The translations under genes and the position numbers were made by a program. A stretch of 64,000 bases of DNA, from positions 18,104,001 through 18,168,000 of the forward strand of contig OZ038379.1 in NCBI GenBank assembly GCA_964036045.1, in the 5' to 3' direction. Position 1 is the stretch's first letter, and the number at the start of each line of letters is the position of its first letter. Below, in pieces: positions 12,501 to 27,500 of the stretch. The notes beneath the pieces are model-generated. The model saw nothing but the letters and a program-made list of their open reading frames with translations. It did no database searches and was not told where the DNA came from. This stretch comes from Eutreptiella sp. 'Long Island Sound 2002' (taxonomy: Eukaryota > Protista > Euglenida).

Positions 12501-15500
12501 CGCAGCTAAGTCATTCAGCTCAAGCCTCTCCTCAAGCTCAGCAACTCTCTGCCGCATATGCGCGGTCTCTTGCTCCCACTCCGCATGCTGTCGGTCCTTG
12601 TCGGCCAGCTGCATCCGTACCTCCGAGTATTGGCTTTGTTGTGATTGCAGTGTCCCTTGTAGACTCAACAGTTGCTGCCGCAGCATGGCCTCCGTCATCA
12701 CGCCAGACGCCATCGTCACATCAAAGAAGTCGCTGCTCTCCGACTCCTCAATCTGCAGCCGCTCGCTGAGTTCACTGTTCCTCACGTCCCACAACTGCCG
12801 CTCCTGCGCAAGATTGGCGGCTGCCGCATCCAATTGTGCAGAAGCAAGCTCAACAGCCTGTTGATAGTCGGTGGATGCAGCCGACAACGCACTCCGCAGG
12901 CCAGACATGTTGCCCAACAGCCAGCTGTCAGACGCTGCAATCAGGTCAATCACCTCGCTGTGTTCATCTTCCATCAGCTGTTGCCGTCCTGCAAGCTCTG
13001 TGGATGTCAGGTCACTCAGCAGCTTGGCATATCCAATCACGTCAACCCCATCCTGAATCTGCGTCTTCTCCAAGTCCAGATTGCAGTTTTCTGCAATCAC
13101 ATCTGCAAGCATAGTTTCCTTCTCAACCAGCAGTGACTCGAACGTACTGCCCCGTTGAGCTTGGGCTGCAGTATGCGTCTCGAAGGCCTCAAACTGCAAT
13201 GACACCCTTGCCTCAGCTTCAGCCCTCTCAAGCATCAAGATCTCCTCCTGCTGCGATGCACGAGCAGATGCTGCAGCCGCTTCCTCAGTGAGTTCAACAA
13301 CGCGCTTTTCTGATGCAGCTGCTGCCGCACTCACTTCAACAACGCGCTGCTGTACCTCGGCAAATTCCATTTGCGTTTGCTGAAGCTTCACTGACAGCGA
13401 CGCTACATCTGCCTCACTCGAACCGCTGTCTTCAACCGCATGCCCATCCAGTGCAGCTGACTCTGTACCCTGCTGCAGGGCACACGTCACACCCTCGTGA
13501 TGCCATACGCCCAGCTTCTCCATAATGCTGCAGTACTCGTCTTGCACCATCGCCAGTCGGCTTCCAATCTCTGCATATTCCGCATCCATCTTGGTCTTTT
13601 CCTCGCCAGCCTGCAGAAGCCGCTGCTCAAGCTCTTCTAGCTTGAATGCTGCACTCACACGCACATCGTCCTTGTCCTGTATTTCCTCCTGCAGTCGAGC
13701 TGCACTATCACGTTGGGCATCCACAACCTCCTGCAGCCTGTTGAACAGGGCTTCTTGATCCTGCAAAGCACGCTGGTAATCAACAAGCTGCTGATCACGC
13801 AGCTCCGCCTGCCTCGCATGCTCCGAAACCGCTGCACTATGCTGAAGTGTCACCCATTCCATGCCCAAACCATGTCGGCATCGGTACTCCTCAGCGATCA
13901 ACTCGCCCCGCTGCAGCGTCTCCTGCAGCCCCGTTTCAGATGCAGCGTGTTGCGCTCGCACCCGATCCAGCTCGTCACGCTGCTCAGCATCGACCACCGC
14001 ATGGTACTCACCCAGCTCCACACTGCTTCCCCTCTGGATCTCAAGCAAATCCAAATACTGCTCTTCGAGGATCCTGCAACGCGCAGTCCCTTCCTCCTCA
14101 AGCAGCAACAGCTCCACCACCTGCTGCTCCTTCGCTTGCAGCGACTCCGCAGCTGCACCCACATCCTCTGAATGCGCAACCATCACCGCCTGTAGGCCAC
14201 GGACCGCATCCACATGCTCGGTGTACTCGGCCTCCAGGATTTGCTGTCGCAATGCACGCTCCTCCGCAGCTAAGTCATTCAGCTCAAGCCTCTCCTCAAG
14301 CTCAGCAACTCTCTGCCGCATATGCGCGTTCTCTTGCTCCCACTCCGCATGCTGTCGGTCCTTGTCGGCCAGCTGCATCCGTACCTCCGAGTATTGGCTT
14401 TGTTGTGATTGCAGTGTCCCTTGTAGACTCAACAGTTGCTGCCGCAGCATGGCCTCCGTCATCACGCCAGACGCCATCGTCACATCAAAGAAGTCGCTGC
14501 TCTCCGACTCCTCAATCTGCAGCCGCTCGCTGAGTTCACTGTTCCTCACGTCCCACAACTGCCGCTCCTGCGCAAGATTGGCTGCTGCCGCATCCAATTG
14601 TGCAGAAGCAAGCTCAACAGCCTGTTGATAGTCGGTGGATGCAGCCGACAACGCACTCCGCAGGCCAGACACGTTGCCCAACAGCCAGCTGTCAGACGCT
14701 GCAATCAGGTCAATCACCTCGCTGTGTTCATCTTCCATCAGCTGTTGCCGTCCTGCAAGCTCTGTGGATGTCAGGTCACTCAGCAGCTTGGCATATCCAA
14801 TCACGTCAACCCCATCCTGAATCTGCGTCTTCTCCAAGTCCAGATTGCAGTTTTCTGCAATCACATCTGCAAGCATAGTTTCCTTCTCAACCAGCAGTGA
14901 CTCGAACGTACTGCACCGTTGAGCTTGGGCTGCAGTATGCGTCTCGAAGGCCTCAAACTGCAATGACACCCTTGCCTCAGCTTCAGCCCTCTCCAGCATC
15001 AAGATCTCCTCCTGCTGCGATGCACGAGCAGATGCTGCAGCCGCTTCCTCAGTGAGTTCAACAACGCGCTTTTCTGATGCAGCTGCTGCCGCACTCACTT
15101 CAACAACGCGCTGCTGTACCTCGGCAAATTCCATTTGCGTTTGCTGAAGCTTCACTGACAGCGACGCTACATCTGCCTCACTCGAACCGCTGTCTTCAAC
15201 CGCATGCCCATCCAGTGCAGCTGACTCTGTACCCTGCTGCAGGGCACACGTCACACCCTCGTGATGCCATACGCCCAGCTTCTCCATAATGCTGCAGTAC
15301 TCGTCTTGCACCATCGCCAAGCGGCTTCCAATCTCTGCATATTCCGCATCCATCTTGGTCTTTTCCTCGCCAGCCTGCAGAAGCCGCTGCTCAAGCTCTT
15401 CTAGCTTGAATGCTGCACTCACACGCGCTTCGTCCTTGTCCTGTATTTCCTCCTGCAGTCGAGCTGCACTATCACGTTGGGCATCCACAACCTCCTGCAG

Positions 15501-18500
15501 CCTGTTGAACAGGGCTTCTTGATCCTGCAAAGCACGCTGGTAATCAACAAGCTGCTGATCACGCAGCTCCGCCTGCCTCGCATGCTCCGAAACCGCTGCA
15601 CTATGCTGAAGTGTCACCCATTCCATGCCCAAACCATGTCGGCATCGGTACTCCTCAGCGATCAACTCGCCCCGCTGCAACGTCTCCTGCAGCTCCGTTT
15701 CAGATGCAGCGTGTTGCGCTTGCACCCGATCCAGCTCGTCACGCTGCTCAGCATCGACCACCGCATGGTACTCACCCAGCTCCACACTGCTTCCCCTCTG
15801 GATCTCAAGCAAATCCAAATACTGCTCTTCGAGGATCCTGCAACGCGCAGTCCCTTCCTCCTCAAGCAGCAACAGCTCCACCACCTGCTGCTCCTTCGCT
15901 TGCAGCGACTCCGCAGCTGCACCCGCATCCTCTGAATGCGCAACCATCACCGCCTGTAGGCCACGGACCGCATCCACATCCTCAGTGTACTCGGCCTCCA
16001 GGATTTGCTGTCGCAATGCACGCTCCTCCGCAGCTAAGTCATTCAGCTCAAGCCTCTCCTCAAGCTCAGCAACTCTCTGCCGCATAAGCGCGTTCTCTTT
16101 CTCCCAAATCGACAGATCTCGGGCAAGATTGGCGGCTGCCGCATCCAATTGTGCAGAAGCAAGCTCAACAGCCTGTTGATAGTCGGTGGATGCAGCCGAC
16201 AACGCACTCCGCAGGCCAGACACGTTGCCCAACGGCCAGCTGTCAGACGCTGCAATCAGGTCAATCACCTCGCTGTGTTCATCTTCCATCAGCTGTTGCC
16301 GCACCGCAAGCTCTGTGGATGTCAGGTCACTCAGCAGCTTGGCATATCCAATCAGGTCAACCCCATCCTGGATCTGCGCCATCTCCTGCTGCAGCCTTCG
16401 GTTCTCATCAACCGCTTCTGACAGCATCCTGTCCTTCTCAATCAGCATTGATTCGTACGCAACAAATCGTTGCCCCTGCTCCTCACATCCCACCTGCATG
16501 CGTGCGTTCGACTCAGACATCTCCAGCATCCGCGCCTGCTGCTCTGCTACCTGAGCGCTCGCAGCAACGGCTCGCTCTGTCTGCTCAGTAACCTGCTGTT
16601 GCAACACATCATGCTCCATCTGTTGCTGCTGAACCACCAGCGACAGCGACGCAGCGCTCTCAGCACCACGCTCCAGCATCACCCATTCCATGCCCAAACC
16701 ATGTCGGCATCGGTACTCCTCAGCGATCAACTCGCCCCGCTGCAGCGTCTCCTGCAGCTCCGTTTCAGATGCAGCGTGTTGCGCTCGCACCCGATCCAGC
16801 TCGTCGCGCTGCTCAGCATCGACCACCGCATGGTACTCACCCAGCTCTACACTGCTTCCCCTCTGGATCTCAAGCAAATCCAAATACTGCTCTTCGAGGA
16901 TCCTGCAACGCGCAGTCCCTTCCTCCTCAAGCAGCAACAGCTCCACCACCTGCTGCTCCTTCGCTTGCAGCGACTCCGCAGCTGCACCCGCATCCTCTGA
17001 ATGCGCAACCATCACCGCCTGTAGGCCACGGACCGCATCCACATGCTCGGTGTACTCGGCCTCCAGGATTTGCTGTCGCAATGCACGCTCCTCCGCAGCT
17101 AAGTCATTCAGCTCAAGCCTCTCCTCAAGCTCAGCAACTCTCTGCCGCATATGCGCGGTCTCTTGCTCCCACTCCGCATGCTGTCGGTCCTTGTCGGCCA
17201 GCTGCATCCGTACCTCCGAGTACTGGCTTTGTTGTGATTGCAGTGTCCCTTGTAGACTCAACAGTTGCTGCCGCAGCATGGCCTCCGTCATCACGCCAGA
17301 CGCCATCGTCACATCAAAGAAGTCGCTGCTCTCCGACTCCTCAATCTGCAGCCGCTCGCTGAGTTCACTGTTCCTCACGTCCCACAACTGCCGCTCCTGC
17401 GCAAGATTGGCGGCTGCCGCATCCAATTGTGCAGAAGCAAGCTCAACAGCCTGTTGATAGTCGGTGGATGCAGCCGACAACGCACTCCGCAGGCCAGACA
17501 TGTTGCCCAACAGCCAGCTGTCAGACGCTGCAATCAGGTCAATCACCTCGCTGTGTTCATCTTCCATCAGCTGTTGCCGTCCTGCAAGCTCTGTGGATGT
17601 CAGGTCACTCAGCAGCTTGGCATATCCAATCACGTCAACCCCATCCTGAATCTGCGTCTTCTCCAAGTCCAGATTGCAGTTTTCTGCAATCACATCTGCA
17701 AGCATAGTTTCCTTCTCAACCAGCAGTGACTCGAACGTACTGCCCCGTTGAGCTTGGGCTGCAGTATGCGTCTCGAAGGCCTCAAACTGCAATGACACCC
17801 TTGCCTCAGCTTCAGCCCTCTCAAGCATCAAGATCTCCTCCTGCTGCGATGCACGAGCAGATGCTGCAGCCGCTTCCTCAGTGAGTTCAACAACGCGCTT
17901 TTCTGATGCAGCTGCTGCCGCACTCACTTCAACAACGCGCTGCTGTACCTCGGCAAATTCCATTTGCGTTTGCTGAAGCTTCACTGACAGCGACGCTACA
18001 TCTGCCTCACTCGAACCGCTGTCTTCAACCGCATGCCCATCCAGTGCAGCTGACTCTGTACCCTGCTGCAGGGCACACGTCACACCCTCGTGATGCCATA
18101 CGCCCAGTTTCTCCATAATGCTGCAGTACTCGTCTTGCACCATGGCCAATCGGCTTCCAATCTCTGCACATCCCACATCTTGCGTGAATCTGTCTGACGT
18201 GGTCGTCTGCTTCTGCAACACCTGGCACGCAGAGGCTATGACGCCCTGACAAAACAGTATGTCGTGGCATTCGGCTTCAGAGATTTCAGATCGGTAGGAG
18301 ATTTCGGCCATTTGAAGATCCCACAACTGCCGCTCCCTTGTGAGAAGCATCAGCAAGTCGTCCAGCGGGAGGTCAGAATCAACCGAGGAAGCCGACAACG
18401 CACTCCGCAGGCCAGACACGTTGCCCAACAGCCAGCTGTCAGACGCTGCAATCAGGTCAATCACCTCGCTGTGTTCATCTTCCATCAGCTGTTGCCGCAC

Positions 18501-21500
18501 CGCAAGCTCTGTGGATGCCAGATCACTCAGCAGCTTGGCATATCCAATCAGGTCAACCCCATCCTGGATCTGCGCCATCTCCTGCTGCAGCCTTCGGTTC
18601 TCATCAACCGCTTCTGACAGCATCCTGTCCTTCTCAATCAGCATTGATTCGTACGCAATAAATTGTTGCCCCTGCTCCTCACATCCCACCTGCATGCGTG
18701 CGTTCGCCTCAGACATCTCCAGCATCCGCGCCTGCTGCTCTGCTACCTGAGCGCTCGCAGCAACGGCTCGCTCTGTCTGCTCAGTAACCTGCTGTTGCAA
18801 CACATCATGCTCCATCTGTTGCTGCTGAACCACCAGCGACAGTGACGCAGCGCTCTCAGCACCACGCTCCAGCATCACCCATTCCATGCCCAAACCATGT
18901 CGGCATCGGTACTCCTCAGCGATCAACTCGCCCCGCTGCAGCGTCTCCTGCAGCTCCGTTTCAGATGCAGCGTGTTGCGCTCGCACCCGATCCAGCTCGT
19001 CACGCTGCTCAGCATCGACCACCGCATGGTACTCACCCAGCTCCACACTGCTTCCCCTCTGGATCTCAAGCAAATCCAAATACTGCTCTTCGAGGATCCT
19101 GCAACGCGCAGTCCCTTCCTCCTCAAGCAGCAACAGCTCCACCACCTGCTGCTCCTTCGCTTGCAGCGACTCCGCAGCTGCACCCGCATCCTCTGAATGC
19201 GCAACCATCACCGCCTGTAGGCCACGGACCGCATCCACATGCTCGGTGTACTCGGCCTCCAGGATTTGCTGTCGCAATGCACGCTCCTCCGCAGCTAAGT
19301 CATTCAGCTCAAGCCTCTCCTCAAGCTCAGCAACTCTCTGCCGCATATGCGCGTTCTCTTGCTCCCACTCCGCATGCTGTCGGTCCTTGTCGGCCAGCTG
19401 CATCCGTACCTCCGAGTATTGGCTTTGTTGTGATTGCAGTGTCCCTTGTAGACTCAACAGTTGCTGCCGCAGCATGGCCTCCGTCATCACGCCAGACGCC
19501 ATCGTCACATCAAAGAAGTCGCTGCTCTCCGACTCCTCAATCTGCAGCCGCTCGCTGAGTTCACTGTTCCTCACGTCCCACAACTGCCGCTCCTGCGCAA
19601 GATTGGCGGCTGCCGCATCCAATTGTGCAGAAGCAAGCTCAACAGCCTGTTGATAGTCGGTGGATGCAGCCGACAACGCACTCCGCAGGCCAGACACGTT
19701 GCCCAACAGCCAGCTGTCAGACGCTGCAATCAGGTCAATCACCTCGCTGTGTTCATCTTCCATCAGCTGTTGCCGCACTGCAAGCTCTGTGGATGTCAGG
19801 TCACTCAGCAGCTTGGCATATCCAATCACGTCAACCCCATCCTGAATCTGCGTCTTCTCCAAGTCCAGATTGCAGTTTTCTGCAATCACATCTGCAAGCA
19901 TAGTTTCCTTCTCAACCAGCAGTGACTCGAACGTACTGCACCGTTGAGCTTGGGCTGCAGTATGCGTCTCGAAGGCCTCAAACTGCAATGACACCCTTGC
20001 CTCAGCTTCAGCCCTCTCCAGCATCAAGATCTCCTCCTGCTGCGATGCACGAGCAGATGCTGCAGCCGCTTCCTCAGTGAGTTCAACAACGCGCTTTTCT
20101 GATGCAGCTGCTGCCGCACTCACTTCAACAACGCGCTGCTGTACCTCGGCAAATTCCATTTGCGTTTGCTGAAGCTTCACTGACAGCGACGCTACATCTG
20201 CCTCACTCGAACCGCTGTCTTCAACCGCATGCCCATCCAGTGCAGCTGACTCTGTACCCTGCTGCAGGGCACACGTCACACCCTCGTGATGCCATACGCC
20301 CAGCTTCTCCATAATGCTGCAGTACTCGTCTTGCACCATCGCCAGTCGGCTTCCAATCTCTGCATATTCCGCATCCATCTTGGTCTTTTCCTCGCCAGCC
20401 TGCAGAAGCCGCTGCTCAAGCTCTTCTAGCTTGAATGCTGCACTCACACGCGCTTCGTCCTTGTCCTGTATTTCCTCCTGCAGTCGAGCTGCACTATCAC
20501 GTTGGGCATCCACAACCTCCTGCAGCCTGTTGAACAGGGCTTCTTGATCCAGCACAGCACGCTGGTAATCAACAAGCTGCTGATCACGCAGCTCCGCCTG
20601 CCTCGCATGCTCCAAAACCGCTGCACTATGCTGAAGTGTCACCCATTCCATGCCCAAACCATGTCGGCATCGGTACTCCTCAGCGATCAACTCGCCCCGC
20701 TGCAACGTCTCCTGCAGCTCCGTTTCAGATGCAGCGTGTTGCGCTCGCACCCGATCCAGCTCGTCGCGCTGCTCAGCATCGACCACCGCATGGTACTCAC
20801 CCAGCTCCACACTGCTTCCCCTCTGGATCTCAAGCAAATCCAAATACTGCTCTTCGAGGATCCTGCAACGCGCAGTCCCTTCCTCCTCAAGCAGCAACAG
20901 CTCCACCACCTGCTGCTCCTTCGCTTGCAGCGACTCCGCAGCTGCACCCGCATCCTCTGAATGCGCAACCATCACCGCCTGTAGGCCACGGACCGCATCC
21001 ACATGCTCGGTGTACTCGGCCTCCAGGATTTGCTGTCGCAATGCACGCTCCTCCGCAGCTAAGTCATTCAGCTCAAGCCTCTCCTCAAGCTCAGCAACTC
21101 TCTGCCGCATATGCGCGGTCTCTTGCTCCCACTCCGCATGCTGTCGGTCCTTGTCGGCCAGCTGCATCCGTACCTCCGAGTATTGGCTTTGTTGTGATTG
21201 CAGTGTCCCTTGTAGACTCAACAGTTGCTGCCGCAGCATGGCCTCCGTCATCACGCCAGACGCCATCGTCACATCAAAGAAGTCGCTGCTCTCCGACTCC
21301 TCAATCTGCAGCCGCTCGCTGAGTTCACTGTTCCTCACGTCCCACAACTGCCGCTCCTGCGCAAGATTGGCTGCTGCCGCATCCAATTGTGCAGAAGCAA
21401 GCTCAACAGCCTGTTGATAGTCGGTGGATGCAGCCGACAACGCACCCCGCAGGCCAGACACGTTGCCCAACAGCCAGCTGTCAGACGCTGCAATCAGGTC

Positions 21501-24500
21501 AATCACCTCGCTGTGTTCATCTTCCATCAGCTGTTGCCGCACTGCAAGCTCTGTGGATGTCAGGTCACTCAGCAGCTTGGCATATCCAATCAGGTCAACC
21601 CCATCCTGGATCTGCGCCATCTCCTGCTGCAGCCTTCGGTTCTCATCAACCGCTTCTGACAGCATCCTGTCCTTCTCAATCAGCATTGATTCGTACGCAA
21701 CAAATCGTTGCCCCTGCTCCTCACATCCCACCTGCATGCGTGCGTTCGACTCAGACATCTCCAGCATCCGCGCCTGCTGCTCTGCTACCTGAGCGCTCGC
21801 AGCAACGGCTCGCTCTGTCTGCTCAGTAACCTGCTGTTGCAACACATCATGCTCCATCTGTTGCTGCTGAACCACCAGCGACAGTGACGCAGCGCTTTCA
21901 GCGCCACGCTCCAGCATCACCCATTCCATGCCCAAACCATGTCGGCATCGGTACTCCTCAGCGATCAACTCGCCCCGCTGCAGCGTCTCCTGCAGCTCCG
22001 TTTCAGATGCAGCGTGTTGCGCTCGCACCCGATCCAGCTCGTTGCGCTGCTCAGCATCGACCACCGCATGGTACTCACCCAGCTCCACACTGCTTCCCCT
22101 CTGGATCTCAAGCAAATCCAAATACTGCTCTTCGAGGATCCTGCAACGCGCAGTCCCTTCCTCCTCAAGCAGCAACAGCTCCACCACCTGCTGCTCCTTC
22201 GCTTGCAGCGACTCCGCAGCTGCACCCGCATCCTCTGAATGCGCAACCATCACCGCCTGTAGGCCACGGACCGCATCCACATGCTCGGTGTACTCGGCCT
22301 CCAGGATTTGCTGTCGCAATGCACGCTCCTCCGCAGCTAAGTCATTCAGCTCAAGCCTCTCCTCAAGCTCAGCAACTCTCTGCCGCATATGCGCGGTCTC
22401 TTGCTCCCACTCCGCATGCTGTCGGTCCTTGTCGGCCAGCTGCATCCGTACCTCCGAGTACTGGCTTTGTTGTGATTGCAGTGTCCCTTGTAGACTCAAC
22501 AGTTGCTGCCGCAGCATGGCCTCCGTCATCACGCCAGACGCCATCGTCACATCAAAGAAGTCGCTGCTCTCCGACTCCTCAATCTGCAGCCGCTCGCTGA
22601 GTTCACTGTTCCTCACGTCCCACAACTGCCGCTCCTGCGCAAGATTGGCGGCTGCCGCATCCAATTGTGCAGAAGCAAGCTCAACAGCCTGTTGATAGTC
22701 GGTGGATGCAGCCGACAACGCACTCCGCAGGCCAGACATGTTGCCCAACAGCCAGCTGTCAGACGCTGCAATCAGGTCAATCACCTCGCTGTGTTCATCT
22801 TCCATCAGCTGTTGCCGTCCTGCAAGCTCTGTGGATGTCAGGTCACTCAGCAGCTTGGCATATCCAATCACGTCAACCCCATCCTGAATCTGCGTCTTCT
22901 CCAAGTCCAGATTGCAGTTTTCTGCAATCACATCTGCAAGCATAGTTTCCTTCTCAACCAGCAGTGACTCGAACGTACTGCCCCGTTGAGCTTGGGCTGC
23001 AGTATGCGTCTCGAAGGCCTCAAACTGCAATGACACCCTTGCCTCAGCTTCAGCCCTCTCAAGCATCAAGATCTCCTCCTGCTGCGATGCACGAGCAGAT
23101 GCTGCAGCCGCTTCCTCAGTGAGTTCAACAACGCGCTTTTCTGATGCAGCTGCTGCCGCACTCACTTCAACAACGCGCTGCTGTACCTCGGCAAATTCCA
23201 TTTGCGTTTGCTGAAGCTTCACTGACAGCGACGCTACATCTGCCTCACTCGAACTGCTGTCTTCAACCGCATGCCCATCCAGTGCAGCTGACTCTGTACC
23301 CTGCTGCAGGGCACACGTCACACCCTCGTGATGCCATACGCCCAGCTTCTCCATAATGCTGCAGTACTCGTCTTGCACCATCGCCAGTCGGCTTCCAATC
23401 TCTGCATATTCCGCATCCATCTTGGTCTTTTCCTCGCCAGCCTGCAGAAGCCGCTGCTCAAGCTCTTCTAGCTTGAATGCTGCACTCACACGCGCTTCGT
23501 CCTTGTCCTGTATTTCCTCCTGCAGTCGAGCTGCACTATCACGTTGGGCATCCACAACCTCCTGCAGCCTGTTGAACAGGGCTTCTTGATCCTGCAAAGC
23601 ACGCTGGTAATCAACAAGCTGCTGATCACGCAGCTCCGCCTGCCTCGCATGCTCCGAAACCGCTGCACTATGCTGAAGTGTCACCCATTCCATGCCCAAA
23701 CCATGTCGGCATCGGTACTCCTCAGCGATCAACTCGCCCCGCTGCAGCGTCTCCTGCAGCTCCGTTTCAGATGCAGCGTGTTGCGCTTGCACCCGATCCA
23801 GCTCATCGCGCTGCTCAGCATCGACCACCGCATGGTACTCACCCAGCTCCACACTGCTTCCCCTCTGGATCTCAAGCAAATCCAAATACTGCTCTTCGAG
23901 GATCCTGCAACGCGCAGTCCCTTCCTCCTCAAGCAGCAACAGCTCCACCACCTGCTGCTCCTTCGCTTGCAGCGACTCCACAGCTGCACCCGTCACCGCC
24001 TGTAGGCCACGGACCGCATCCACATGCTCGGTGTACTCGGCCTCCAGGATTTGCTGTCGCAATGCACGCTCCTCCGCAGCTAAGTCATTCAGCTCAAGCC
24101 TCTCCTCAAGCTCAGCAACTCTCTGCCGCATATGCGCGTTCTCTTGCTCCCACTCCGCATGCTGTCGGTCCTTGTCGGCCAGCTGCATCCGTACCTCCGA
24201 GTATTGGCTTTGTTGTGATTGCAGTGTCCCTTGTAGACTCAACAGTTGCTGCCGCAGCATGGCCTCCGTCATCACGCCAGACGCCATCGTCACATCAAAG
24301 AAGTCGCTGCTCTCCGACTCCTCAATCTGCAGCCGCTCGCTGAGTTCACTGTTCCTCACGTCCCACAACTGCCGCTCCTGCGCAAGATTGGCTGCTGCTG
24401 CATCCAATTGTGCAGAAGCAAGCTCAACAGCCTGTTGATAGTCGGTGGATGCAGCCGACAACGCACTCCGCAGGCCAGACATGTTGCCCAACAGCCAGCT

Positions 24501-27500
24501 GTCAGACGCTGCAATCAGGTCAATCACCTCGCTGTGTTCATCTTCCATCAGCTGTTGCCGCACTGCAAGCTCTGTGGATGTCAGGTCACTCAGCAGCTTG
24601 GCATATCCAATCAGGTCAACCCCATCCCGGATCTGCGCCATCTCCTGCTGCAGCCTTCGGTTCTCATCAACCGCTTCTGACAGCATCCTGTCCTTCTCAA
24701 TCAGCATTGATTCGTACGCAATAAATTGTTGCCCCTGCTCCTCACATCCCACCTGCATGCGTGTGTTCGCCTCAGACATCTCCAGCATCCGCGCCTGCTG
24801 CTCTGCTACCTGAGCGCTCGCAGCAACGGCTCGCTCTGTCTGCTCAGTAACCTGCTGTTGCAACACATCATGCTCCATCTGTTGCTGCTGAACCACCAGC
24901 GACAGTGACGCAGCGCTCTCAGCACCACGCTCCAGCATCACCCATTCCATGCCCAAACCATGTCGGCATCGGTACTCCTCAGCGATCAACTCGCCCCGCT
25001 GCAACGTCTCCTGCAGCTCCGTTTCAGATGCAGCGTGCTGCGCTCGCACCCGATCCAGCTCGTCGCGCTGCTCAGTATCGACCACCGCATGGTACTCACC
25101 CAGCTCCACACTGCTTCCCCTCTGGATCTCAAGCAAATCCAAATACTGCTCTTCGAGGATCCTGCAACGCGCAGTCCCTTCCTCCTCAAGCAGCAACAGC
25201 TCCACCACCTGCTGCTCCTTCGCTTGCAGCGACTCCGCAGCTGCACCCGCATCCTCTGAATGCGCAACCATCACCGCCTGTAGGCCACGGACCGCATCCA
25301 CATGCTCGGTGTACTCGGCCTCCAGGATTTGCTGTCGCAATGCACGCTCCTCCGCAGCTAAGTCATTCAGCTCAAGCCTCTCCTCAAGCTCAGCAACTCT
25401 CTGCCGCATATGCGCGTTCTCTTGCTCCCACTCCGCATGCTGTCGGTCCTTGTCGGCCAGCTGCATCCGTACCTCCGAGTACTGGCTTTGTTGTGATTGC
25501 AGTGTCCCTTGTAGACTCAACAGTTGCTGCCGCAGCATGGCCTCCGTCATCACGCCAGACGCCATCGTCACATCAAAGAAGTCGCTGCTCTCCGACTCCT
25601 CAATCTGCAGCCGCTCGCTGAGTTCACTGTTCCTCACGTCCCACAACTGCCGCTCCTGCGCAAGATTGGCGGCTGCCGCATCCAATTGTGCAGAAGCAAG
25701 CTCAACAGCCTGTTGATAGTCGGTGGATGCAGCCGACAACGCACTCCGCAGGCCAGACATGTTGCCCAACAGCCAGCTGTCAGACGCTGCAATCAGGTCA
25801 ATCACCTCGCTGTGTTCATCTTCCATCAGCTGTTGCCGCACCGCAAGCTCTGTGGATGTCAGGTCACTCAGCAGCTTGGCATATCCAATCACGTCAACCC
25901 CATCCTGAATCTGCGTCTTCTCCAAGTCCAGATTGCAGTTTTCTGCAATCACATCTGCAAGCATAGTTTCCTTCTCAACCAGCAGTGACTCGAACGTACT
26001 GCACCGTTGAGCTTGGGCTGCAGTATGCGTCTCGAAGGCCTCAAACTGCAATGACACCCTTGCCTCAGCTTCAGCCCTCTCAAGCATCAAGATCTCCTCC
26101 TGCTGCGATGCACGAGCAGATGCTGCAGCCGCTTCCTCAGTGAGTTCAACAACGCGCTTTTCTGATGCAGCTGCTGCCGCATTCACTTCAACAACGCGCT
26201 GCTGTACCTCGGCAAATTCCATTTGCGTTTGCTGAAGCTTCACTGACAGCGACGCTACATCTGCCTCACTCGAACCGCTGTCTTCAACCGCATGCCCATC
26301 CAGTGCAGCTGACTCTGTACCCTGCTGCAGGGCACACGTCACACCCTCGTGATGCCATACGCCCAGCTTCTCCATAATGCTGCAGTACTCGTCTTGCACC
26401 ATGGCCAAGCGGCTTCCAATCTCTGCATATTCCGCATCCATCTTGGTCTTTTCCTCGCCAGCCTGCAGAAGCCGCTGCTCAAGCTCTTCTAGCTTGAATG
26501 CTGCACTCACACGCGCTTCGTCCTTGTCCTGTATTTCCTCCTGCAGTCGAGCTGCACTATCACGTTGGACATCCACAACCTCCTGCAGCCTGTTGAACAG
26601 AGCTTCTTGATCCTGCAAAGCACGCTGGTAATCAACAAGCTGCTGATCACGCAGCTCCGCCTGCCTCGCATGCTCCGAAACCGCTGCACTATGCTGAAGT
26701 GTCACCCATTCCATGCCCAAACCATGTCGGCATCGGTACTCCTCAGCGATCAACTCGCCCCGCTGCAACGTCTCCTGCAGCTCCGTTTCAGATGCAGCGT
26801 GTTGCGCTTGCACCCGATCCAGCTCATCGCGCTGCTCAGCATCGACCACCGCATGGTACTCACCCAGCTCCACACTGCTTCCCCTCTGGATCTCAAGCAA
26901 ATCCAAATACTGCTCTTCGAGGATCCTGCAACGCGCAGTCCCTTCCTCCTCAAGCAGCAACAGCTCCACCACCTGCTGCTCCTTCGCTTGCAGCGACTCC
27001 ACAGCTGCACCCGTCACCGCCTGTAGGCCACGGACCGCATCCACATGCTCGGTGTACTCGGCCTCCAGGATTTGCTGTCGCAATGCACGCTCCTCCGCAG
27101 CTAAGTCATTCAGCTCAAGCCTCTCCTCAAGCTCAGCAACTCTCTGCCGCATATGCGCGGTCTCTTGCTCCCACTCCGCATGCTGTCGGTCCTTGTCGGC
27201 CAGCTGCATCCGTACCTCCGAGTATTGGCTTTGTTGTGATTGCAGTGTCCCTTGTAGACTCAACAGTTGCTGCCGCAGCATGGCCTCCGTCATCACGCCA
27301 GACGCCATCGTCACATCAAAGAAGTCGCTGCTCTCCGACTCCTCAATCTGCAGCCGCTCGCTGAGTTCACTGTTCCTCACGTCCCACAACTGCCGCTCCT
27401 GCGCAAGATTGGCGGCTGCCGCGTCCAATTGTGCAGAAGCAAGCTCAACAGCCTGTTGATAGTCGGTGGATGCAGCCGACAACGCACTCCGCAGGCCAGA

